From positions 2,627 through 66,626 of IMG/VR virus record IMGVR_UViG_3300043256_000125: a stretch of 64,000 nt of DNA; one strand, given 5' to 3'. The translations under genes and the position numbers were made by a program. The notes below the pieces were generated by a model. It saw only the letters and a program-made list of their open reading frames with translations. It made no database searches and was not told the origin of the DNA. This DNA is from a virus. Positions 48,798 to 57,862 of the stretch are shown in pieces; position 1 is the stretch's first letter; each line of letters begins with the position of its first letter.

Positions 48798-49214
48798 TTA
48801 GGTAGTGAACGTCGGAATGCCGTTGAGCTTGACGGAGAAGTTTGCTTTGAGGCCATCATTCAAGGCAACGGTCCCGCCGATACCAATGCCTGCGCCGCTG
48901 AATGTCCAGATCGAGGTCCCGGTATTCGTAAATCGAATTCGCCAGTTGTTCTTGGCAGGCGTGGTCAACAGCGCCGTCAATTCCTGATGATCAGTCAACC
49001 CGGGGTCGTAGAACAGCTCGCCGGACATCGAGCCACCCTCGGTTCGCCCGGTCGGCTCGTACGGGATGCCGGCGTTCGTGTTATCTAGGGTGTCGGCGTC
49101 GTACGTTTCCGATTCCATATCGGGCAAGTCGATAGAAATGATCTGGGATATGACCACGTACACCGAAGCGACATCCTGATCCAGTATCGTGCCCTTGCAT
49201 TGATGTTTGGCCAT
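48798..49214 (-). CDS. Major tail tube protein, copy 1
   Basis: Close paralog of 48362..48775. Confidence 0.8.
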   Translation of the reverse strand: MAKHQCKGTILDQDVASVYVVISQIISIDLPDMESETYDADTLDNTNAGIPYEPTGRTEGGSMSGELFYDPGLTDHQELTALLTTPAKNNWRIRFTNTGTSIWTFSGAGIGIGGTVALNDGLKANFSVKLNGIPTFTT

Positions 49215-49228
49215 CTTGAATTACTCCG

Positions 49229-49870
49229 TCACGCTGCCACTAGTTCAGCCTCACGAATCACCGTGAGGTTGTCGCCACCCAAACGAAAGCGGGGGCGACC
49301 GTAAAACGTAAACGGGATTTGGGGACATTCATCGACACACGACTGCATATAAGGCGCGATGATGTAATGGGTGCCCACCGGGTCCATAATTGCGCACGGG
49401 CGGCCGTCGATATGGTTTAGCGGCCCGTCACGGAACCCCTCCATGCCAACCCACGCCATCGACTCTGCACCGTTGTTTATTGCGAACTGCGTAGCTAGCA
49501 GGCCGGAATAGGCGGGGTTGCGGTATTTCCCCCGCACAAACCGCATCGCCGTCTCGTTACCGTGCAGCGTCAACCGAATGTCATAATGTTCAGTGTGCGG
49601 GCAGCGTTGCGGGTCGTGCCAGAGACGGTCACCCGCCACCAATACCGTGCCCGCCCGCTGCGCCTCGCGAGCTACGGCAGCGTATCGCTCGGCCGCTACG
49701 TGATCCCAAATCAGGTAATAGGCCGGCCAGTCACCGCGACCGAACAGGTCGATTCCGGCGTTGGTGGTGATCGTGGTCGCGGCCGGCCAACGCTCGCGAG
49801 CCACCGGTAGCATTTCCGTCGCCGATGGAGACGAACCAACCACGATCCAGTTAGGGGAATGCTCAGACAC
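49229..49870 (-). CDS. Glycosyltransferase-like protein (Maf/DUF115, sialyltransferase-like fold)
   Basis: VVGSSPSA...TITTN...SGLLATQFAINNGA.SMAWVGMEG. Confidence 0.55.
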   Translation of the reverse strand: MSEHSPNWIVVGSSPSATEMLPVARERWPAATTITTNAGIDLFGRGDWPAYYLIWDHVAAERYAAVAREAQRAGTVLVAGDRLWHDPQRCPHTEHYDIRLTLHGNETAMRFVRGKYRNPAYSGLLATQFAINNGAESMAWVGMEGFRDGPLNHIDGRPCAIMDPVGTHYIIAPYMQSCVDECPQIPFTFYGRPRFRLGGDNLTVIREAELVAA

Positions 49871-50444
49871 GCCTCATCGCCTCTTTCTTCATCACTGCCC
49901 AAATCTTTTTTCTAGCCGCGACCACGGCCGCGCGGTGGGAGGCGGCAAACGCCAGTCGGGTCACGTCGCCGAACACGTTGGCAATCTGCCCCGTTCCCTT
50001 TTCGCCACTACCGAACCCTGACTTGGTGCGCCGTTTTTTGGTCCCCAACACGAACCAATGGATGTTGGCTGCCGAAATCCCTACGCCCCTACCGCCGCCC
50101 TTGCCGGCCCCCAATCGCTTACCCCTTGCCGCTTGTGCTGACTTGACCTGCTTTGCTTTTTTGCCAACGGAAAAACCGACTTTGGCTAACGTGAGTTCTT
50201 TCGCCATTCCCTTACTGAATCTTGCTCCGATCGACTTGCGGGCCTCGCGTTTGAGGAAGGTGCTGGCGTCCGACGCATTGACTGCCGACCGCATGGCCTT
50301 GGCGATCGTGGTCATGCTGGCACGGTGCCCGGCGACGGTCGCCTTTTTGGAACTCGTGGTTGCCAAACGGTTCAGTTTTCGCTCAACAGCCCTGAGCCCG
50401 GTGATTATGGGCCCACGGCCAAATGGATTGCTACCAAACCCCAT
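49863..50444 (-). CDS. HK97 gp10-like tail completion protein
   Basis: ITGLRAVERKL..L, HWFVLGTK motif; basic. Confidence 0.7.
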   Translation of the reverse strand: MGFGSNPFGRGPIITGLRAVERKLNRLATTSSKKATVAGHRASMTTIAKAMRSAVNASDASTFLKREARKSIGARFSKGMAKELTLAKVGFSVGKKAKQVKSAQAARGKRLGAGKGGGRGVGISAANIHWFVLGTKKRRTKSGFGSGEKGTGQIANVFGDVTRLAFAASHRAAVVAARKKIWAVMKKEAMRRV

Positions 50445-50893
50445 CAGATCACCTCCGCGTACGTAACCATGTAGCTGCAATTCGTGTCGTAGAAGCCCTG
50501 GTCGCTGCCATCATCGTCTTTGATGAAGCTGGTAACCGTGTCTTCGAGCCACGCGTCAAATGTCAGCCCGCCCACCGTGCCGCCGAAGCCCGCTAACCCC
50601 GTCCCTGGGTCAGTGTCGTTAAGCCGAATCGCCTCGGCAATCTGTCTCGATACCTTCTTGGTCGGGGCCCGGCACACCAGGTTGACGTTGGCCATCACCC
50701 GCCCGCCACGGCCCGTCAAATCGTTGAGCTTGTTCTCGTTGTCCACCTCAATAATTACGCCAATGTCGCCGTCCTCTTCGGCCAGCCGATCGGGCCGGAT
50801 CGGGGCCGAGTTGCCCGTACCAATCCCGCTGATCCCGGTCAGTGCCGACAGGGTCAATAGGTAGGTCGCCAAGCTTTCTTCAATCGTGGCCAT
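50444..50893 (-). CDS. Tail terminator protein
   Basis: Position and size. Confidence 0.6.
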   Translation of the reverse strand: MATIEESLATYLLTLSALTGISGIGTGNSAPIRPDRLAEEDGDIGVIIEVDNENKLNDLTGRGGRVMANVNLVCRAPTKKVSRQIAEAIRLNDTDPGTGLAGFGGTVGGLTFDAWLEDTVTSFIKDDDGSDQGFYDTNCSYMVTYAEVI

Positions 50894-50896
50894 GCC

Positions 50897-51259
50897 CTAA
50901 ATCCGCTGGTTGCATTCCAATTCCAACTCGATGTGCCGCAGTCCCACGTCGGTCACGCGCGTTATATCCAACCGCGTGCCGTTGTGCAGCGTGAGCCACA
51001 TCTTCGGCGTGATCGTCCGCGTCTGACTGTCACTGTGCATCCTCACCAGGTGCGTCACGTCGGCCTGTGTCTGCTGCGCCTGAAATCGTTCTCCGCCGCG
51101 TTCCGGCCCGGCGACCGGTCGTACGTTGACCCAGCGGGAAATGAACTCGACGCCGTTCTCCACCGGTTGCCGGTCCGCGTTGTACGTCGGCTCGTTCTGC
51201 CATATCGTCGCCCGCTTGTCGTACGAACCCACTTTCGGCATTTGCATCTTGTCTCGCAT
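50897..51259 (-). CDS. Head closure protein (SPP1 gp16-like)
   Basis: W.NVRP..G.ERFQAQQ..A..TH.VRM motif. Confidence 0.8.
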   Translation of the reverse strand: MRDKMQMPKVGSYDKRATIWQNEPTYNADRQPVENGVEFISRWVNVRPVAGPERGGERFQAQQTQADVTHLVRMHSDSQTRTITPKMWLTLHNGTRLDITRVTDVGLRHIELELECNQRI

Positions 51260-51822
51260 CAGCGACGTAGCTCCCGATAGCTGTAGGGCCCCATGGAGGT
51301 GTCGATGGCCTGCTGTTCATACTTGTCAGGCTCGCGGTTCCAATACAAAAACGATGCGTAAAGTTTGATGGCCTGCTTGATCGGTTCCGGCACTGCGCTG
51401 GTCGCTCCGTACCCCGCCGTGAATTGCACCACAACAACATCGGCGTGCCCCCGCACACCCACCGGCCACGTCTGCTGGTATTGCAGTCGCACGCCGCCCA
51501 CGCCGTCGATGTCGTCTTTCTCGTAGACCGACGAGGCCAGCGTTTGTAGCGTGCCTCCCGTGTCCGTGTACTTCACCGTCGAGATGTCGATCAGTGGCGG
51601 CCGGGCTAGACGCAAAGGCGAACTGAATCGGTCGAAGTATTCGTCCCAGGTGGCCGTGACGAATTGCGTCCAGTGGATTTCCTCCAAGTGTTTTCGTGCC
51701 GTGGTGATCAGGCCGCTCAGGTACGAATCCTCGATCGGGTCGTCGATCCGCAGATGAGTTTTCAGTTCATCCGGGGTGATCGGTTCGGTCGTCGAGGGTG
51801 TAATCAGTACGGTCTTGGCCAT
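51259..51822 (-). CDS. Head-tail connector (gp6-like)
   Basis: EPIT.DELKTHLRID...ED..L..LI..AR; FTAGYG....VPEPIKQAI.L....Y.NRE. Confidence 0.9.
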   Translation of the reverse strand: MAKTVLITPSTTEPITPDELKTHLRIDDPIEDSYLSGLITTARKHLEEIHWTQFVTATWDEYFDRFSSPLRLARPPLIDISTVKYTDTGGTLQTLASSVYEKDDIDGVGGVRLQYQQTWPVGVRGHADVVVVQFTAGYGATSAVPEPIKQAIKLYASFLYWNREPDKYEQQAIDTSMGPYSYRELRR

Positions 51823-51828
51823 GGAACA

Positions 51829-52491
51829 TCAATAGTCGCCCAGGTTGATCCAAGTTATCGTGACGGTCCCGGTCACTGTGATCGTTACCGCACCCTCAGC
51901 GACGGCCGCCGTAATCGCGGCATTGAGGTACAGGTCGAGGTCGTTTCCGCTCGCGTTGGCAAAGAGTATCGGCGCGGCCAGTGTAGCGTGAAAATCCTTT
52001 GCGGAGCCGCCGGCAACGGCCGTCGACGGGACGATATCCGCCTCGGTGCTCGTCAGTGCGTTGTCATCCGCCCCCACCACCGACCCCAGCGCCATCGGGA
52101 ACGTGGCCCCACCACCCTCTGCGTTGACGGAGGTCACCAGGGCGTTGCACGTCGCCCCGAGGATCTGGATACTGCCGGCCGGGAAGTCGTAGATTTTGAC
52201 CCCGGTGCCATGATCGGCATCGGCCATGTCCAGGTCCCCCGTCGACGTGAAGGTCAACGTGGTCTTGTGAATCACGCCGTCCCCGCCCTCCACGGCAGTA
52301 CACTTATTAGCTACAATGGCCCCAACGCCCGTAGTCGTGGTGATCGCCCCGCCGATCGCCAGGGACGTTGTCGTCAACGCGGTGATCGTGGCCGCCGCGA
52401 TGGTCGGGAACGTACCGATGAAGACCACTCCTGCGCCGAAGTCGATCTCTCGCGATACTTTCAGACGGTCAATGTTTGCGTCGTATCCCAT
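51829..52491 (-). CDS. Virion (head fibre/decoration-like) protein
   Basis: Thr/Ala/Gly-rich; located in the head module. Confidence 0.55.
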   Translation of the reverse strand: MGYDANIDRLKVSREIDFGAGVVFIGTFPTIAAATITALTTTSLAIGGAITTTTGVGAIVANKCTAVEGGDGVIHKTTLTFTSTGDLDMADADHGTGVKIYDFPAGSIQILGATCNALVTSVNAEGGGATFPMALGSVVGADDNALTSTEADIVPSTAVAGGSAKDFHATLAAPILFANASGNDLDLYLNAAITAAVAEGAVTITVTGTVTITWINLGDY

Positions 52492-52638
52492 CAGGCCAAC
52501 ATCTCCCTTTGTGTGCGAGGCCGCCCTCGCCGCTTCGGAGTGACTGCGATCACCGGCTCGGGCACCATCCGCTCGGCCCGGCCGCAGTGAATCCACAGCT
52601 CGGCCACGCCGTCGGTTTGTTCCAGTACCGTACCGGCC

Positions 52639-53268
52639 TTAAGCGCATTGAACGGTTTGAGCATTCTGATCTTCATGGGTCGCTTGATAGTCTTGGGGGT
52701 TGTGGTAAATCCGCAGGTTGTTGCCGCCGATCGGATAACGGGGCCGCCCGCAGAACTCGAATTGCACGCCAGGGCAGGCATCGATGATGGCCTGCGTCAC
52801 CGGGCGGATGATCAACGTCACCTTGCCCGCCTGGTGGTTCTCGTAGCCTTCCAGGCCAAGCATCACTACCCGCTTGGCCCCGTTGTTGACGGCGAAGGCC
52901 AGCGAGTAGAGACCCGAGAGCGCAAGCTGCTGGGTGTACTGGCCGCGAATAAACAGCGGCGGCCCAGGTACGACCAAATCAAGAAACACATCAAAGCCCG
53001 TCAGGTTGCGATCTTCCAACGATCTGGTCTTGCGCCACAGCGTTACCAACCGGGTTCCCGTTGCCTGCTTTTCGTACGCCTCGGCCGTGTGGTTTTGGCA
53101 GGCCGCCTGGTCGAACACGAAGTAGTAATCCAGCCGCCGCTCCGCAAACAACTTGACGGCCCTGTTGGTCGCAAGGGTCGTAACACCCTCCGGCACGATC
53201 GGCAAAAACCGTTCTGCGCTGGGCGAGGTGCCAACTACCGCCCACGTTGTCCTGTCGGGTGTATCCAT
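52639..53268 (-). CDS. Glycosyltransferase-like protein, paralog of 49229..49870
   Basis: VVGTSPSA...TLATN...SGLYSLAFAVNNGAKRVVMLGLEG...F.F.GRPR...GG.NL. Confidence 0.55.
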   Translation of the reverse strand: MDTPDRTTWAVVGTSPSAERFLPIVPEGVTTLATNRAVKLFAERRLDYYFVFDQAACQNHTAEAYEKQATGTRLVTLWRKTRSLEDRNLTGFDVFLDLVVPGPPLFIRGQYTQQLALSGLYSLAFAVNNGAKRVVMLGLEGYENHQAGKVTLIIRPVTQAIIDACPGVQFEFCGRPRYPIGGNNLRIYHNPQDYQATHEDQNAQTVQCA

Positions 53269-53338
53269 AATGTCACCTCCAGCCTGGAGGCAGGGACCGC
53301 GCCCCGGGGATGCCAAGACGCGACCCTGCTACCCCCAA

Positions 53339-53794
53339 CTACACGCGAAGGATCTGGTTGAAGCCCCGCTCGGCCGTGGTGTTGGGAGCCTGTCTGCCCC
53401 GCGATAAGATCGCGATGACCGCAGCGAAGGTGCCGGCGGTGCCGTCGCCTGCCGTGGCCGTGAGGTCGAGATATCGCTTCCGGTATCTCAGGTCGATGTC
53501 GAACCCGAACAGGTCGTTGTCGTCGGTGGCCGTGGGCAGGACGCTGGTACTGCCGGCAATGTTGTTCGACGTGCCGAAGATCAGGCCCGTCACGTTGCCA
53601 TGATTCGCTCCCGTGTCGTCGGACTCGGTTACCGCCAGTGCCGTCATCGCGATGTCGGTAGCCCCGAGGATCACGATGATCCGGCAATAGTCCCAGCCCA
53701 ACGTATCCAGCTCGGCCACCGTGTACGACGCATCGTCCACGATCGCAGCCGGCGGAGTCAGGTTCACAATCTTGTCATTTTGAGCATCAATCAT
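53339..53794 (-). CDS. Head decoration/cement-like protein
   Basis: Directly after the capsid gene; D..G.D....I..G...V.ESD...KRYL motif. Confidence 0.6.
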   Translation of the reverse strand: MIDAQNDKIVNLTPPAAIVDDASYTVAELDTLGWDYCRIIVILGATDIAMTALAVTESDDTGANHGNVTGLIFGTSNNIAGSTSVLPTATDDNDLFGFDIDLRYRKRYLDLTATAGDGTAGTFAAVIAILSRGRQAPNTTAERGFNQILRV

Positions 53795-53830
53795 CGTGCT
53801 CTATCCTTTCGTTTGAGTTGATTGGTTTGG

Positions 53831-55213
53831 TTAGCTGCCCGGCGTAGCCAGCATGATCATCGAGCCGGCGTTGCTGGTATCGCCCACGTCGTGGACATTG
53901 ATGTCGTGCCGCGACGTGCCGCGGATCGCCAACTGGTCCAGCTCGAAATATCGCTGATCCGAGGTGGCGATCGTGATCCCTCGGCGATCGCCCAACATGG
54001 CTGCCTGGCGAAGATTTCCGAGGTAGGCCAGCCCGTTGGTACTGGTCTGCGCGGTCAAGGTGGAGTTCATCTTCTGTGAGATGATCACCGGGTACCCCAG
54101 GAATTCCTTGGGTGCCGCGCCGGCGATCATGGCCCCGGTGTTGCCTCCGGCCGCGTCGATCAGACGCAACATCGACGCCGCCCATCCGGCCTTGGATATG
54201 TAAAACTTCGCGTTGTTCTCGGCATACTGCGGCAGCTTGCCGATCATCGACTCGAAGTCCACCAGATCCAGCGAGCTGAATGCCGTGTTGCCGGTCAGCG
54301 CCGTTACGACCGTTGCCGTGGCCGCCGTACACTCTGTGATCAGGCCGCTGATGCCACCGTAGGTCGAGCTGCCATCGCCCAGGAAGCCTTCGTCGTCTTC
54401 CTTGCTGGCAAACGCAAAGGCCATTTCGGCGGCCAAATCGTCCGCCATGCTGATAATTGAGTCTTCATCGAGTTCCGAAGAGTACCTGGTGAGGATGCCG
54501 ATCTTGCGGGCCGTTAGGCGGACCTGATCCCAACCCTTTTCCGATTCGGTGATCTCGGTATTTTCGTCGACGTAGTACGCCGTCAGACCGGAGACTCGCC
54601 GCGGAACCGTCTTGGTGTCGCTGGCCATCGGCACCACGTTGGCCTCGCGACGAAAGACGCCGAATTCCTCCCGCAGGTCAATGATCGCCGTCGAGAACTC
54701 AGGGAACACAGTGAAGCCACCGGCCGTGTTGGCGTCTTCCTGTTGGGCCATCAGCTCAATCCCGTTTGTCCGGCAGAACTCACGGGCCTTTTGGGTGGCC
54801 ATTGCTTCGGGCTTGCCGAAGATCGACAGGCAGAACATGCCTGACTTGTAGGCGTTCAATTGGGCGTCCGGACCCTTGAACGATCGGAGTCGGCCGGCGT
54901 ACCGGGGAACCGCAAACTTAGGCTCGTCGACCAAGGCGACTGCCACCCCCGGCTGCCCGGGCGGCGATGTCCGGCCGGGGCCCTCGGTGGCCAGCATCTT
55001 GCGCCGGGCATCTTGCCGCTTACGCAACTCCAAGTCGGCCTTGTGCTGGTCGATCTTCGTCTTGAGGCCGGCAAGCTCCGTTTCCAGGGCGTCGATGCCG
55101 TCGCGGTCCTCGTCGGTCAACGGTCGCTTCTCATCGTCGGACGCCTTGAGAATCGCGTCGATCTCTTGTGAGGCGGCATTGAGCCGCTCGCACCATTTTT
55201 CAAACTCGGTCAT
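53831..55213 (-). CDS. HK97-fold major capsid protein with N-terminal delta domain
   Basis: Coiled-coil N-terminus; GGF.V..EF...II, V.E..EI.ES, L.A.K......S.EL.EDS, FLGYPV, FE.DQ.AIR...R.D motifs. Confidence 0.93.
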   Translation of the reverse strand: MTEFEKWCERLNAASQEIDAILKASDDEKRPLTDEDRDGIDALETELAGLKTKIDQHKADLELRKRQDARRKMLATEGPGRTSPPGQPGVAVALVDEPKFAVPRYAGRLRSFKGPDAQLNAYKSGMFCLSIFGKPEAMATQKAREFCRTNGIELMAQQEDANTAGGFTVFPEFSTAIIDLREEFGVFRREANVVPMASDTKTVPRRVSGLTAYYVDENTEITESEKGWDQVRLTARKIGILTRYSSELDEDSIISMADDLAAEMAFAFASKEDDEGFLGDGSSTYGGISGLITECTAATATVVTALTGNTAFSSLDLVDFESMIGKLPQYAENNAKFYISKAGWAASMLRLIDAAGGNTGAMIAGAAPKEFLGYPVIISQKMNSTLTAQTSTNGLAYLGNLRQAAMLGDRRGITIATSDQRYFELDQLAIRGTSRHDINVHDVGDTSNAGSMIMLATPGS

Positions 55214-55218
55214 GGTAT

Positions 55219-55542
55219 CCTCGCTTGTTGGGCCGACGGTCAACAAGCAAGGCAAAAGAAAAACGCCGTGGCGTGTGCTGGCCATCGGCAACTAAGAAAT
55301 AGTCACCGGATGACCGGCACGCGCGACGGCGCGTTTCGTATCATCGTTCCACCGGGGTCCTGCACGCAACGGCGTGGGGTGTCGCCCGGCGGCGATTGTC
55401 GTCAATTGTCTGTGCAGTGGATTGAGAACGTGGGTTGCTTAGGTCCTCAGTTATTCCCCGGCAGGGAGGACTCCACGGCAGCCGGGCCAGATGTTCCCGA
55501 TGTCAGCAACCCCAGGGAACCCACGGTCTCAATCCACTGCAC
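55219..55542 (-). promoter_or_regulatory. Structured capsid leader (three hairpins)
   Basis: 12-bp stem covering the SD (55219-55252); long hairpin plus U tract (~55262-55337); 25-bp inverted repeat (55412-55436/55518-55542). Confidence 0.65.
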
Positions 55543-55549
55543 TCTGACC

Positions 55550-55801
55550 CTATTCTATCGGTTTCTCGGGTTGGGTTCTATTTGTGCATCTGTTCAATAC
55601 CTCGATGTTCCGCGATTTGCCTTTGACCCTACGAATCCAGCCCTTTCGCTCCAGTGCGCCGAGGTGCGCAGCGACAGAATTCGGGGAGCGAAAGCCGAAG
55701 TAGGCTTGAATCTCGCGGATTGTGGGCGGGTGGGGGCGGACTTCGATGAAATCAGCAAGATAGCACAAGACGGCGCATTGACGATCAGTGAGTCCGATCA
55801 T
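55550..55801 (-). CDS. LexA-type DNA-binding domain only
   Basis: LTDRQ..VL......PPTIREI...FGFRSPNSVAAHL.ALERKGWI.R..GKSRNIEV; no S24 peptidase domain. Confidence 0.85.
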   Translation of the reverse strand: MIGLTDRQCAVLCYLADFIEVRPHPPTIREIQAYFGFRSPNSVAAHLGALERKGWIRRVKGKSRNIEVLNRCTNRTQPEKPIE

Positions 55802-55997
55802 GTCACCTGCTTCTCCCGGATCGTGCCGTACGAATCCTTCAGTACCAGAGAATACGGCTTGCCGTCGGCGCCCATCAACGTAAAAACCTCGCCGGCATCC
55901 ATGGCGGCCATGGTCGCCTCTGACAACGATTGCTCCCACCGAAGCGTCCGGCCGCGGTCGACATACTTTTTCGGTCGCCACTCACCCGCGATTGCTG

Positions 55998-56543
55998 TCA
56001 TGGCGTCCTCAGAATCGTAAACGGCCCGCGAACCCCCGCAGAAAACGACTCCGCCGATTCCATCGCCATCGTCACCCGCTCCCGGGCCGTCAGTCCCGTG
56101 AGCTTCTCGGTTGTGTCGAGCGACCCCAGCACAAGATCGTGGCCACACCCGCAGGCCGCGTAGGCCATCGCCAATTCCCCCACTTGCAGGTCGGCCTCAA
56201 CGCAGTACAGCGAGCCCCGCCACCCAACCAGAAACGTACCGATCTTTTCCTGCCCACTTTCCGTCACTAAATACCCGTGCGTTTTCAGAATCGTCCGAAC
56301 TTCCGGTAAAAATTCGCGAACCATGTACTCAAAACGGTCTTGCTTTTCCTTGGGTGTCGGCGGCTTCAAGTAGAATCGTAGGATCTGCCCCATACGAAAC
56401 GACGACGTAAACCCCAACAGGAATTCGCCGATCCGAAACACCTTGGGGTCCTTACGGATGCCAAGGGAATACCCTGCGACTCCTGCCGAATCGCCGCCGA
56501 TCCAAACTACGTCATCCTGTACGAGGCCCGCAATTGCTGTCAT
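55998..56543 (-). CDS. HslV/proteasome-like Ntn hydrolase
   Basis: N-terminal M-T, GGDS, K..KVF, GCG...LG.L, A...SAGVRGPF. Confidence 0.75.
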   Translation of the reverse strand: MTAIAGLVQDDVVWIGGDSAGVAGYSLGIRKDPKVFRIGEFLLGFTSSFRMGQILRFYLKPPTPKEKQDRFEYMVREFLPEVRTILKTHGYLVTESGQEKIGTFLVGWRGSLYCVEADLQVGELAMAYAACGCGHDLVLGSLDTTEKLTGLTARERVTMAMESAESFSAGVRGPFTILRTP

Positions 56544-56793
56544 TACTCAGGAGCCGCCTTTTCTTCTGGGATCACCCGAACTGTGACTTCTACGGTATCC
56601 CCGACTTTACCAAGGATTCCCGGTAATTTACTGGATCCCGGATGGTGGATCTCGGGGACGGAGCCAACTAACGGAACGCTACTCAAGTGGGAACCTAGGT
56701 CGGCCGTCCCTACTCCCAAGCAATCTTCGTATACCGTTTCCGGCGACCATAAGAACCCGTCGTGTCTTCAGTTTTTACAATCTTCCCGATCAT
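56543..56793 (-). pseudogene. Small gene interrupted by a 92-nt structured insertion (or recoded)
   Basis: MIGKIVKTEDTTGSYGRRKRYTKI [insert 56630-56721] KLPGILGKVGDTVEVTVRVIPEEKAAPE. Confidence 0.6.
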
Positions 56794-56945
56794 TGCTCGT
56801 CCTTTTCTTTAGGAATCACTTCCACAGTTACTCGCACGGTATCCCCGAGTTCGCCGAGAATACCCGGTAATCTGATGTCCGTAAAATCATCCTTTGGTAC
56901 AGGAGGATTATACGCCTGGCAAGTCGCTACAATTTCGCCGATCAT
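56790..56945 (-). CDS. Small hypothetical protein (51 aa), intact paralog of the interrupted gene
   Basis: GGAG SD; MIGEIVATCQAYNPPVPKDDFTDIRLPGILGELGDTVRVTVEVIPKEKDEQ. Confidence 0.65.
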   Translation of the reverse strand: MIGEIVATCQAYNPPVPKDDFTDIRLPGILGELGDTVRVTVEVIPKEKDEQ

Positions 56946-56962
56946 TGCTTACTCCCGATCTG

Positions 56963-57862
56963 TCAAGTCAAGTCATCAGTATGGGAACCCGGAGGGATGA
57001 AAATAGCACTCCGTTCAATCCGTTTTTTCACCATCCGTCGTATCCGCTCTTTCTCGGCATCACGGGCCGGGTCGTAGGGGTACGGATCGCCAAGAGCCGG
57101 AAGCCCGCTCTCCTCCCCGAACCGATAGACCAGATATCGCCTCAACCACGCATGGCACCGGCGATCAATCTCTTCGCGGCTGGCGTCGGGAAACTGCTTG
57201 TCGATCAACTCGGCCCCCCGGCGGACAATCGCATCCGGCAGCCCATCGATCGCCTCGGCCGACAGGAAGCCGTCTACGGCGTCCCCCGCGTCCACCACGT
57301 CTGAGGCGTGCAGGTGCGTCGGATGCCACAACGGGGGCAGCTCGTTGCCCTCAGTGTCCATTTTCGGCCGTCCCTTGCCGTCGAACCTGTATTCCTTGTC
57401 CGCCCGCAACACCAGTGAGCTGCTCAGGGCATCGGGGTCCGACGAGGCCAAGTCCATCACGTACCCACCAAGATCCCCGTTGGGCGTGTTGCGGCTGCTG
57501 GGATCGAGGTACAGATCACCGCGGACGATGTTGATCTCGTCGTCCTTCCGGACACCCTCGCTTTCGCGGACGCTGATCGTATCCATTCGTGGACTGCGGA
57601 CCCGCCCCAGGAACTTGCCGATCCCGTCGTCAGACAGCGACGGGTGGGCAAACCGGCTTTTCAGTCCGTTGGGCGTCGCTCGCATCAGCTTGACGATCTG
57701 CCGCAACGCCGGCTTGTCGAACTCACCCCGTCCTTCGCTTTTGAAAGGCCCCTCCTGGGCCACGATGTAGCCGCGGATCACCGCCTCGTTGCGGTCGACT
57801 CCGATCGTTTCGCCCGCGGTGTTGGCCCGCAGCCATTCGGTTGTGGTTTTCAGCTCACTCAT
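56963..57862 (-). CDS. Prohead protease-like protein
   Basis: Between portal and capsid; LKSRFAHP...GKFLGR and L.A.DVVD motifs. Confidence 0.65.
   Translation of the reverse strand: MSELKTTTEWLRANTAGETIGVDRNEAVIRGYIVAQEGPFKSEGRGEFDKPALRQIVKLMRATPNGLKSRFAHPSLSDDGIGKFLGRVRSPRMDTISVRESEGVRKDDEINIVRGDLYLDPSSRNTPNGDLGGYVMDLASSDPDALSSSLVLRADKEYRFDGKGRPKMDTEGNELPPLWHPTHLHASDVVDAGDAVDGFLSAEAIDGLPDAIVRRGAELIDKQFPDASREEIDRRCHAWLRRYLVYRFGEESGLPALGDPYPYDPARDAEKERIRRMVKKRIERSAIFIPPGSHTDDLT

Noticed and set aside
40626-49214. Diversity-generating retroelement
   Set aside because: No reverse transcriptase seen; differences between the duplicated tail genes are not adenine-specific.
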